64,000 bases of DNA from Pseudomonadota bacterium (lineage in GTDB: Bacteria; Pseudomonadota; Alphaproteobacteria; Rhizobiales; Tepidamorphaceae). The stretch is taken from NCBI GenBank assembly GCA_023458595.1, contig JAEWYT010000121.1, positions 2,983 to 66,982 on the forward strand, read 5' to 3'. Under the pieces are notes generated by a model that saw only the letters and a program-made list of their open reading frames with translations, was not told the DNA's origin and made no database searches. Every line of letters starts with the position of its first letter. The first letter of the stretch is position 1. Below, piece by piece: positions 40,048 through 48,175 of this stretch. The position numbers and the translations under genes were made by a program.

Positions 40048-40267
40048 CGCTGAAATCTCGCTTTCGGAAGGCAAATCGATTTCTTTTCGCGCGGTTCGCA
40101 CCCTCGGGGCCGGGGCGCCGTCACGTTAGGCCATCGCATCGATCGATCCAATGGGCCGCGGATTCGTGCGGCAAATCCTCTCGCGATACGCCGGACATGG
40201 CGTCCGGCCGGCGGGCCGAGTAAGGTGGCGCCGTCGCGAGTCCGTTTGTAACCGAAGGAAAGTTGTT

Positions 40268-41128
40268 ATGCGCTACGCGGCGCCTGAAACCATAGAAAGC
40301 GCGGTGGGGCTGCTCGCCGCCGAGAGCGGCGGAGTCCATGTCCTTGCCGGGGGAACCGATCTCCTGGTGCGGATGAAATCGGGGTTCGTGGAGCCCGACC
40401 TCGTGGTCGACATAAAGCGCATCCCCGAAATGCGGACGATCATTGAGGAAGACGGCGGCTTCCGCATCGGCGCGGGTGTCCCGACCGCCGAGATGGGCGA
40501 GCATGACGGCCTCGAGGCCGCCTGGCCGGGGGTCGTCGAGGCGGCCGAGCTGATCGGGTCGACGCAGGTCCAGGGCCGCGCCACGATCGCCGGTAATCTC
40601 TGCAACGCCTCGCCCGCCGCCGACAGCGTTCCCGCGCTCGTCGCCGCCGGCGCGACGGCGCGGATCGCCGGACCCGACGGGGTTCGCGAGCTCCCGGTCG
40701 AGGAGGTCCCGAAAGGGCCGGGCAAGACGGCGCTGAAGCGCGGCGAGTTCATCACCTCGATCTTCCTGCCGAAGCCCGCGCCGCGCTCGGCCGACGCCTA
40801 TCTGCGCTTCATCCCGCGCACCGAGATGGACATCGCGGTGGTCGGCTGCGGCATCGCCGTGACGCTCGACGGCAAGGGCACCTGCACGGCGGCGCGCGTC
40901 GGTCTCGGCGCGGTCGCCCCGACGGTCCTCCTCGTCGAGGACGCGGCGAAGGCCCTGATCGGCACCGATTTGGGCGAGGCTGCGCTCGAACGTGTCGCCG
41001 AAGCCGTCTCCGCCGCCTGCCGCCCGATCGACGACAAGCGCGGCACCGTCGCCTTCAGAACCCGCGTCGCCGGCGTGCTCGCCCGCCGCGTCGCCGTCAT
41101 CGCCCGCGACAGAGCCCGGAGCCAGTGA
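40268..41128 (+). CDS. Molybdenum hydroxylase FAD-binding medium subunit (CoxM/XdhB-like)
   Basis: 286 aa with LAGGTDLLVRMK and GNLCNASPAADS motifs. First gene of an M-S-L array. Confidence 0.85.
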   Translation: MRYAAPETIESAVGLLAAESGGVHVLAGGTDLLVRMKSGFVEPDLVVDIKRIPEMRTIIEEDGGFRIGAGVPTAEMGEHDGLEAAWPGVVEAAELIGSTQVQGRATIAGNLCNASPAADSVPALVAAGATARIAGPDGVRELPVEEVPKGPGKTALKRGEFITSIFLPKPAPRSADAYLRFIPRTEMDIAVVGCGIAVTLDGKGTCTAARVGLGAVAPTVLLVEDAAKALIGTDLGEAALERVAEAVSAACRPIDDKRGTVAFRTRVAGVLARRVAVIARDRARSQ

Positions 41129-41607
41129 TGAGCCAGATCCACGTTACCGCCACCATCAACGGCGACGTCACCGAGTTCCTCTGCGAGCCCGACGAGACGC
41201 TGCTCGACGTCCTGCGCGACCGTCTCGGCCTCACCGGCTCCAAGGAAGGCTGCGGCACCGGCGACTGCGGCGCCTGCTCGGTGACCGTCGACGACCGCCT
41301 CGTCTGCTCTTGCCTGGTGCTGGGCGCGGAGGCGGACGGCGCCAGGATCGAGACGATCGAGGGCATGGCCGACGGCGAGACGCTGCATCCGCTGCAGCGC
41401 AAGTTCCTCGACCACGCCGCCCTGCAGTGCGGCATCTGCACGCCCGGCATCCTCATCGCCGCCAGATCGTTGCTCGAGCGCAATCCCGATCCGAGCGAGG
41501 AAGAGGCCCGTTACTGGCTCGCCGGCAACCTCTGCCGCTGCACGGGTTACGACAAGATCATCCGGGCCGTCCTCGATACGGCGGCCGAGATGAGGGAGGC
41601 ACGCTGA
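41125..41607 (+). CDS. Molybdenum hydroxylase [2Fe-2S] small subunit (CoxS-like)
   Basis: 160 aa with CGTGDCGACSV and QCGICTPG ... CRCTGY cluster motifs. ATGA overlap with the upstream gene. Confidence 0.9.
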   Translation: MMSQIHVTATINGDVTEFLCEPDETLLDVLRDRLGLTGSKEGCGTGDCGACSVTVDDRLVCSCLVLGAEADGARIETIEGMADGETLHPLQRKFLDHAALQCGICTPGILIAARSLLERNPDPSEEEARYWLAGNLCRCTGYDKIIRAVLDTAAEMREAR

Positions 41608-43853
41608 TGCTCGACAAGCCGACCCCGGAAACCCGTGAGTTCAAGGTCGTCGGTACCCGGCCGATCCGTCCCGACGGCATCGACAAGGTCACCGGCAGGG
41701 CCCGCTTCGGCGCCGACATGACGGCCCCGGGCGCGCTCGTCGGCCTTGTCCTGCGCAGCCCGCACGCCCACGCGCGCATCCGCTCGATCGACGCTTCGAA
41801 GGCGGAAGCGCTGCAGGGCGTGAGGGCGGTCGTCACGCGCGCCGATTTCGCCACCGCGCGCGATCCAGGCGACGACACGCTCGACAACTGCATGGCCGGC
41901 GCCAAGGCGCTCTACGACGGCCACGCCGTGGCCGCCGTCGCGGCGGTGAGCCGGTCGGTGGCGCGCAAGGCCCTGAAGCTGATCGACGTCGACTACGAGG
42001 TGCTGCCGCACGTCACCGACGTCGACGAGGCGATGAAGCCGGATGCGCCGGTGCTGCATGAAGGCCGGGCCAGCGAGACCGTGCCGAAGGGCATGTCCGG
42101 CAACGTCGTCAACCGCTACGAGTTCGGCCACGGCGACCCCGAGGCGGGCTTCGCCGAGGCCGACCGCGTCGTCGAGCGGACGTTCCGCACCGCAGCCACC
42201 CACCAGGGCTACATCGAGCCGCACGCCTGCCTCGCCACCATGGGCGGCGACGGCCAGGCGGACCTGTGGTGCTGCACCCAGGGCCACTACATGGTGCGCG
42301 ATTTCTGCGCCGCCATGCTCGGCATCGAGATCGGCAAGCTGCGCGTCACCGCCTCCGAGATCGGCGGCGGCTTCGGCGGCAAGACGACGGTCTTCCTCGA
42401 GCCCGTGGCGCTGGCGCTCTCGCGCAAGGCCGGACGGCCGGTGAAGATGGTGATGAACCGCGAGGAGGTGCTCCGCGCGACCGGTCCGACCGCCTCCACC
42501 TCGATCGACGTCAAGATCGGCATGAAGGCGGACGGCACGATCACCGGCGCCCATGCCGAGCTGCGCTACCAGGGCGGCGCCTATCCGGGCTCCCCCGTCG
42601 AGTTCGGCTCGATGTCGGCGTTCGCCCCCTATGACCTGAAGAACGTCAGGACGGTCGGCTGGGACGTGGTCACCAACCGGCCGCGCCAGGCGGCCTATCG
42701 CGCGCCGGGCGCGCCGATGGCGGCCTACGCCGTCGAGAGCGTCATCGACGAGCTGGCGCGCAGCTTCGACCTCGATCCGATCGACGTTCGCCTGAAGAAC
42801 GCCGCCAGGCAGGGCACCCGCTCGTCCTACGGGCCGACGTTCCAGCAGATCGGCTGCGCGGCGACCCTCGAGGCGGCCAGGAAGCACCCGCACTGGTCGG
42901 CCCCGCTCGGCCCGGACCAGGGCAGGGGCGTCGCCTGCGGCTTCTGGTTCAATTTCGGCGGCAACACCTGCGTGTCGCTCAACATCAACGTCGACGGCAC
43001 GGTGAGCCTGTCGGAGGGCAATCCCGACATCGGCGGCTCGCGCGCGTCGATGTCGATGATGGCGGCCGAGGAGCTCGGCGTCCCTTACGAGAAGGTCCGC
43101 GCCATCATCGCCGACACCGGCGCGCTCGGCCTCAACGACGTCACCGACGGTAGCCGCGTCACCTTCGCGGTCGGTCTCGCCACCATCGAGGCGGCCCGCG
43201 CGGCGATCCGCGAGATGTGCGGCCGCGCCGCCAAGGTCTGGGGCATCGATCCCGACGCGGTCGAATGGGTGGACGGCGCCGCGCGTCCGGCCGGTCCGAA
43301 CGCCGGCCAGTTCCCGCCGATGGCGCTCGCCGAGATCGCGGCCATCGCCTCGAACACCGGCGGCCCGATCGCCGGCCACTGCGAGGTGAACGCGGAAGGC
43401 GCGGGCGTGAGCTTCGCCACCCACATCGTCGACACCGAGATCGATCGCGAGACGGGCGCGGTGAAGGTCCTGCGCTACACGGTCGTCCAGGACGCGGGCA
43501 AGGCCGTGCATCCGGCCTATGTCGAGGGGCAGCTCCAGGGCGGTGCGGTGCAGGGGATCGGCTGGGCGCTCAACGAGGAGTACATCTACGGCAAGGACGG
43601 CCGTCTGCAGAACCCGGGCTTCCTCGACTACCGCATTCCGGTCGCCTCCGACCTGCCGATGATCGACACGGTCGTGCTGGAAATCCCGAACCCCGGTCAC
43701 CCCTACGGCGTGCGCGGCGTCGGCGAGACGTCGATCGTGCCGCCGCTGGCGGCGGTGTCCAACGCGGTCTCCCATGCCGCGGGCGTGCGGATGACCGAGC
43801 TGCCGATGTCGCCGCCGAGGGTCCTGGCCGCCCTGGACCGCGCCCGGGCCTGA
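41607..43853 (+). CDS. Molybdopterin-binding large subunit of a xanthine dehydrogenase / aldehyde oxidase family enzyme (CoxL-like; substrate unknown)
   Basis: 748 aa. The ATG overlaps the upstream TGA. The active-site loop region reads AAYRAPGAP rather than the CO-dehydrogenase AYxCSFR signature. Confidence 0.85.
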   Translation: MLDKPTPETREFKVVGTRPIRPDGIDKVTGRARFGADMTAPGALVGLVLRSPHAHARIRSIDASKAEALQGVRAVVTRADFATARDPGDDTLDNCMAGAKALYDGHAVAAVAAVSRSVARKALKLIDVDYEVLPHVTDVDEAMKPDAPVLHEGRASETVPKGMSGNVVNRYEFGHGDPEAGFAEADRVVERTFRTAATHQGYIEPHACLATMGGDGQADLWCCTQGHYMVRDFCAAMLGIEIGKLRVTASEIGGGFGGKTTVFLEPVALALSRKAGRPVKMVMNREEVLRATGPTASTSIDVKIGMKADGTITGAHAELRYQGGAYPGSPVEFGSMSAFAPYDLKNVRTVGWDVVTNRPRQAAYRAPGAPMAAYAVESVIDELARSFDLDPIDVRLKNAARQGTRSSYGPTFQQIGCAATLEAARKHPHWSAPLGPDQGRGVACGFWFNFGGNTCVSLNINVDGTVSLSEGNPDIGGSRASMSMMAAEELGVPYEKVRAIIADTGALGLNDVTDGSRVTFAVGLATIEAARAAIREMCGRAAKVWGIDPDAVEWVDGAARPAGPNAGQFPPMALAEIAAIASNTGGPIAGHCEVNAEGAGVSFATHIVDTEIDRETGAVKVLRYTVVQDAGKAVHPAYVEGQLQGGAVQGIGWALNEEYIYGKDGRLQNPGFLDYRIPVASDLPMIDTVVLEIPNPGHPYGVRGVGETSIVPPLAAVSNAVSHAAGVRMTELPMSPPRVLAALDRARA

Positions 43854-43868
43854 GCCCGGGGCGACGGC

Positions 43869-44114
43869 ATGGTCAAGGTCGTGATCTGGGGCTCTCTGCA
43901 GTCCGTCACCGACGGCGCAGCGGAGGTCGAGGTCGAAGCGGATACGCTCGGAGAGCTCCTGAAGGGGCTCGCCGAACGCTATCCGGGCCTGGAACCGCAG
44001 TTGAAGCGCGGGATTTCGGTCGCGATCGACGGGCGCATCTACAACGACTCCTGGTTCAAGGCGATCACGCCGGACAGCGAGGTCGTGCTCCTGCCGCGGC
44101 TGACCGGCGGATAG
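43869..44114 (+). CDS. MoaD/ThiS-like ubiquitin-fold protein ending in Gly-Gly
   Basis: 81-aa ORF, MVKVVIWGSL...VVLLPRLTGG-stop. Its length and C-terminal GG are typical of sulfur-carrier beta-grasp proteins. Starts 15 nt after the CoxL-like stop. Confidence 0.65.
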   Translation: MVKVVIWGSLQSVTDGAAEVEVEADTLGELLKGLAERYPGLEPQLKRGISVAIDGRIYNDSWFKAITPDSEVVLLPRLTGG

Positions 44115-44280
44115 CCGGACGCAGGCAGGAAGCCGTGCTTCCGTCCCGCCCGCCGCCGGTAATGCCGTGTCGTCGGCGCGGTGCATGTCGAAAACGGGGC
44201 GGCTGCGACCTGTCGCATCCTTGCGCCGGCCGGCGGGAACTTCCATCCTGCCGGTTCGGCGACGAGCTGAGGGTGCGCTG

Positions 44281-44622
44281 ATGCACGAACTGTCGCTTTG
44301 CGAGAGTATCGTCGACGTCCTGGAGCGCCGGGCGGTCGACCACAGCTATTCGCGTGTGAGGACGGTGTGGCTCGAGATCGGCCCGCTCGCGGGCGTCGAG
44401 CTGGAGGCGCTGCGCTTCTCCTTCGACGTGGCGACGCGCGGCACGCTCGCGGAGAACGCGGCGCTGAGGATCATCGAGACGAAGGGCGAGGCCTGGTGCA
44501 TGGCCTGCTCGAAGACCGTGCCGGTGAAGGAGCGTTTCGCCGCCTGCCCCGAATGCGGCAGCTACCGGCTGCAGCTCACCGGCGGCGAGGAACTGAGGAT
44601 CAAGGAACTGGAGGTGGACTGA
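44281..44622 (+). CDS. hypA: Hydrogenase nickel-insertion protein HypA
   Basis: 113 aa with the [12 protein letters not shown]-terminus and a Zn site (CMAC...CPECG). Confidence 0.92.
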   Translation: MHELSLCESIVDVLERRAVDHSYSRVRTVWLEIGPLAGVELEALRFSFDVATRGTLAENAALRIIETKGEAWCMACSKTVPVKERFAACPECGSYRLQLTGGEELRIKELEVD

Positions 44623-45527
44623 TGTGCACCGTTTGCGGCTGCGGCCAGGGCGAGACGAGGATCGAGGGCAAGGGGCGCGTACATCGTCATGACCATTCCC
44701 ATGATCACGACCACGACCATGGGCACGACCATGGGCACGACCACGGGCATCATCACCACGATCATGACCATCACCACGGGCACGGCCATACCCACGACTA
44801 CGGCACCGGGCCGGCGCGGGCGCACGCGCCGGGCCTGAGCCAGGCGCGCATGGTGCAGATCGAGGAGGACATCCTCGCCAAGAACAACCGGTACGCCGCC
44901 GCCAACCGCCGCTATTTCGAGGCGCGCGGCATCCTCGCCCTGAACCTCGTCTCCTCGCCGGGCTCCGGCAAGACGACGCTGCTGGTTCAGACCATCGAGG
45001 CGCTCATGCGAGAGATGCCGGTCTCGGTCATCGAGGGCGACCAGCAGACCGCCAACGACGCCGAGCGCATCCGCGAGACCGGCGCCGACGCGATCCAGAT
45101 AAACACCGGCAAGGGCTGCCATCTCGACGGCCACATGATCGGCCACGCGCTCGAAAGCCTGTCGCCGGACGAGCGCGGCGTGCTGTTCATCGAGAATGTC
45201 GGCAATCTCGTCTGCCCGGCCGCCTTCGATCTCGGCGAAGCGCACAAGGTGGTGATCCTCTCGGTCACCGAGGGCGAGGACAAGCCGCTGAAGTATCCCG
45301 ACATGTTCCACGCCTCCGACCTGATGATCCTGAGCAAGGTCGACCTGCTGCCGCATCTGAATTTCGACGCCGGGCGCTGCATCGAGTACGCCCGCCGCGT
45401 CAATCCGCGCATCAAGGTGCTTAAAGTTTCGGCGACGAGCGGCGAGGGCATGGAGAGCTGGTACGCCTGGATACGCGCGACCCGGCAGCTCGCCATGACC
45501 GGCCTGCCGGCGGCGGCGGCGGAATAG
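44622..45527 (+). CDS. hypB: Hydrogenase nickel-incorporation GTPase HypB with a His-rich tract
   Basis: N-terminal MCTVCGCG motif, a His-rich tract of ~40 aa ([38 protein letters not shown]) and a GTPase P-loop ([11 protein letters not shown]). The ATG overlaps the hypA stop. Confidence 0.92.
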   Translation: MCTVCGCGQGETRIEGKGRVHRHDHSHDHDHDHGHDHGHDHGHHHHDHDHHHGHGHTHDYGTGPARAHAPGLSQARMVQIEEDILAKNNRYAAANRRYFEARGILALNLVSSPGSGKTTLLVQTIEALMREMPVSVIEGDQQTANDAERIRETGADAIQINTGKGCHLDGHMIGHALESLSPDERGVLFIENVGNLVCPAAFDLGEAHKVVILSVTEGEDKPLKYPDMFHASDLMILSKVDLLPHLNFDAGRCIEYARRVNPRIKVLKVSATSGEGMESWYAWIRATRQLAMTGLPAAAAE

Positions 45528-45537
45528 GAGAGTAGAC

Positions 45538-45786
45538 ATGTGTCTCGCCCTGCCGGCCCTGGTCGTGTCGATCGACGAAGCCAGCGAGATGGCGACGGTC
45601 GCGCTCGCGGGCGTCCGCAAGGCGATTTCCATCGCCCTGCTCGACGACGTCGCGATCGGCGACTACGTGCTCGTCCACGTCGGCTACGCGCTGCACAAGA
45701 TCAGCCCGGAGGAGGCCGACCGCACGCTGAAGCTGATGGAAGAGGCCGGGATCATCGAGGAAGAGCTCGAGGAGATCCGGTCATGA
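45538..45786 (+). CDS. hypC: Hydrogenase assembly chaperone HypC
   Basis: 82 aa with the invariant MCLALP N-terminus. Confidence 0.9.
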   Translation: MCLALPALVVSIDEASEMATVALAGVRKAISIALLDDVAIGDYVLVHVGYALHKISPEEADRTLKLMEEAGIIEEELEEIRS

Positions 45787-46934
45787 AATACGTCGACGAG
45801 TATCGCCGCCCGGATCTCGCGAAATCCCTCGCCGCGGCGATCGCCCGCGAGGCCGGGCCCGACCGCCGGTATCACCTGATGGAATTCTGCGGCGGCCACA
45901 CCCACGCGATCTTCCGCTATGGCGTGCAGGACCTGATGCCCGACAACGTCCATTTCGTCCACGGGCCGGGCTGCCCGGTCTGCGTGCTGCCGATCGGGCG
46001 CATCGACGGGGCGATGGAGATCGCCGAGAAATACGGCGCCATCCTGTGCAGCTACGGCGACATGATGCGCGTGCCGGCGAGCGGGCGGCGCAGCCTGCTG
46101 AAGGCGAAGGCGGCCGGCGCCGACATCCGCATGGTCTATTCGACCCAGGACGCGCTCAGGATCGCCCGCGACAACCCGGATCGCGAGGTCGTGTTCTTCG
46201 CCATCGGCTTCGAGACCACGACGCCGCCGACTGCCGTCGCGATCAGGCAGGCCGAGGCCGAGGGCCTGAAGAACTTCACCGTCTACTGCAACCACGTGCT
46301 GACCCCGGCCGCGATCCGGCACATCCTTAAATCCCCGGAGGTGTGCGACACGGGAACGGTTGCCATCGACGGATTCCTGGGCCCCTCGCACGTCAGCGCG
46401 GTGATCGGCAGCGCACCCTACGAGTCCGTCGCCGAGGAGTTCCAGCGCCCGGTGGTGATCGCCGGCTTCGAGCCGCTCGACGTCATGCAGGCGACCCTGA
46501 TGCTGATCCGCCAGCTCAACGAGGGCCGCCACGAGGTCGAGAACGAATACCACCGCGTCGTCACCCGCGAGGGCAACCGCAAGGCGCAGGCGCTCGTCGC
46601 CGATGTGTTCGAGCTGCGCAAGGCCTTCGAGTGGCGCGGCCTCGGCGAGGTTCCCAGCAGCGCGCTCAGGATCGGGCGGGCATACGCCGACTTCGACGCC
46701 GAGGCGCGCTTCGCGCTGTCCGGGCGCCGCGTCAGGGACGTCAAGGGCTGCGAATGCCCGGCGATCCTGCGCGGCGTAAAGAAGCCGACCGACTGCAAGC
46801 TGTTCGGCACGGTATGCACGCCCGACAACCCGATGGGCTCGTGCATGGTGTCGTCCGAAGGCGCCTGCGCGGCCTACTGGACCTACCGGCGTTTCCGCGC
46901 ACCCGAGGAAGAGGGCGAGGAGGCGGCGGCATGA
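45783..46934 (+). CDS. hypD: Hydrogenase maturation protein HypD
   Basis: 383 aa with MKYVDEYR, EFCGGHTH, GPGCPVCV and GFETT motifs. ATGA overlap with hypC. Confidence 0.92.
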   Translation: MKYVDEYRRPDLAKSLAAAIAREAGPDRRYHLMEFCGGHTHAIFRYGVQDLMPDNVHFVHGPGCPVCVLPIGRIDGAMEIAEKYGAILCSYGDMMRVPASGRRSLLKAKAAGADIRMVYSTQDALRIARDNPDREVVFFAIGFETTTPPTAVAIRQAEAEGLKNFTVYCNHVLTPAAIRHILKSPEVCDTGTVAIDGFLGPSHVSAVIGSAPYESVAEEFQRPVVIAGFEPLDVMQATLMLIRQLNEGRHEVENEYHRVVTREGNRKAQALVADVFELRKAFEWRGLGEVPSSALRIGRAYADFDAEARFALSGRRVRDVKGCECPAILRGVKKPTDCKLFGTVCTPDNPMGSCMVSSEGACAAYWTYRRFRAPEEEGEEAAA

Positions 46935-47980
46935 ACGCCATGCACAACCGCTTCCCCGGCAGGCTCGATATGCGCGATGGCACGATCGACATGACGCACG
47001 GCAGCGGCGGCCGGGCGATGGCGCAGCTCATCGACGAACTGTTCGTCGCCCATTTCGACAACGACCTGTTGCGCCGGGCGAACGACCAGGCCGCCTTCGA
47101 CGTGCCCGCCGGCCGGCTCGTCATGTCGACGGACGGCCACGTCATCTCGCCGCTGTTCTTCCCCGGCGGCGACATCGGCTCGCTCGCCGTGCACGGCACG
47201 ATCAACGACGTGGCGATGGCCGGCGCGAGGCCGCTCTATCTCTCCGCCGGCTTCATTCTGGAGGAGGGCTTCCCGCTCGCCGATCTGGAACGGATCGTCA
47301 TCAGCATGGCCGAGGCCTCGAGGGCGGCGGGTGTTCCCGTCGTCACCGGCGACACCAAGGTCGTCGAGAAGGGCAAGGGCGACGGCGTCTTCATCACCAC
47401 GACCGGCGTCGGCATCGTCCCGGTGGGCGTCGACATCTCCGGCGACCGCGCCGAGCAGGGCCACGCGATCCTGTTGAGCGGCTCGATCGGCGACCATGGC
47501 GTCGCCGTCTTGTCGAAGCGCGAGAACCTCGATTTCGAGACCGAGATCCTGTCGGACTCCGCTGCCCTGCACGGCCTCGTCGCGGCGATGGTGGAGGCCG
47601 TGCCTGAGATCCGCTGCCTGCGCGATCCGACGCGCGGTGGGCTGGCGGCGACGCTGAACGAGCTCGCCCGCCAGTCCGGCGTCGGCATGCGGATCAGGGA
47701 ATCGGCGATTCCCCTGAAGCCCGACGTGGCGGCGGCCTGCGAGTTGCTCGGTCTCGACCCGCTCTATGTGGCCAACGAGGGCAAGCTGATCGCGATCTGC
47801 GAGGCGGCCGATGCCGGGACGCTGCTTTCCGCCATGCGCGCCCATCCGCTCGGCGCGGAGGCTGCCATCGTCGGCGAGGTCGTCGCCGACCCGCATTCCT
47901 TCGTGCAGATGGAGACGCTGCTCGGCGGCAGCCGCATCGTCGACTGGCTCGCCGGGGAGCAGCTGCCCCGGATCTGCTGA
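46931..47980 (+). CDS. hypE: Hydrogenase maturation carbamoyl dehydratase HypE
   Basis: 349 aa with a PurM-like fold and the characteristic C-terminal PRIC-stop. ATGA overlap with hypD. Confidence 0.92.
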   Translation: MNAMHNRFPGRLDMRDGTIDMTHGSGGRAMAQLIDELFVAHFDNDLLRRANDQAAFDVPAGRLVMSTDGHVISPLFFPGGDIGSLAVHGTINDVAMAGARPLYLSAGFILEEGFPLADLERIVISMAEASRAAGVPVVTGDTKVVEKGKGDGVFITTTGVGIVPVGVDISGDRAEQGHAILLSGSIGDHGVAVLSKRENLDFETEILSDSAALHGLVAAMVEAVPEIRCLRDPTRGGLAATLNELARQSGVGMRIRESAIPLKPDVAAACELLGLDPLYVANEGKLIAICEAADAGTLLSAMRAHPLGAEAAIVGEVVADPHSFVQMETLLGGSRIVDWLAGEQLPRIC

Positions 47981-48175
47981 TGCGCGTCCTTTTCCGCACC
48001 CACGGTTTCAGCGCGCCCGCCTCGTCGCCCGGTCTCGAAGCCCGTCTCGCCGGGAAGCGCGACCGCCGCGCGACCGACGAACGGGTGAAGCCGCTTCGCG
48101 AATGCCGGGCCGGGATGCAGGAAGGCTGCGTCATGAGCGGGCCTGCGACCGTCCTCGCCGAGCGTTGAGGCGTCG

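Noticed and set aside
40268-43853. Calling this locus aerobic CO dehydrogenase (coxMSL)
   Set aside because: The large subunit lacks the AYxCSFR/AYRGAGR active-site signatures by eye, and no coxDEFG accessory genes follow. I kept it as a generic xanthine dehydrogenase/aldehyde oxidase family enzyme.
41547-44246. 899-aa ORF antisense to the CoxL-like gene
   Set aside because: Same high-GC antisense artefact. The sense strand carries a well-supported Mo-hydroxylase large subunit.
47980-48168. 62-aa ORF filling the hypE-hypF gap
   Set aside because: Arg/Ala-rich with no known hyp-associated small-protein signature. It is probably just spacer, and I flagged the gap itself under the hyp finding.
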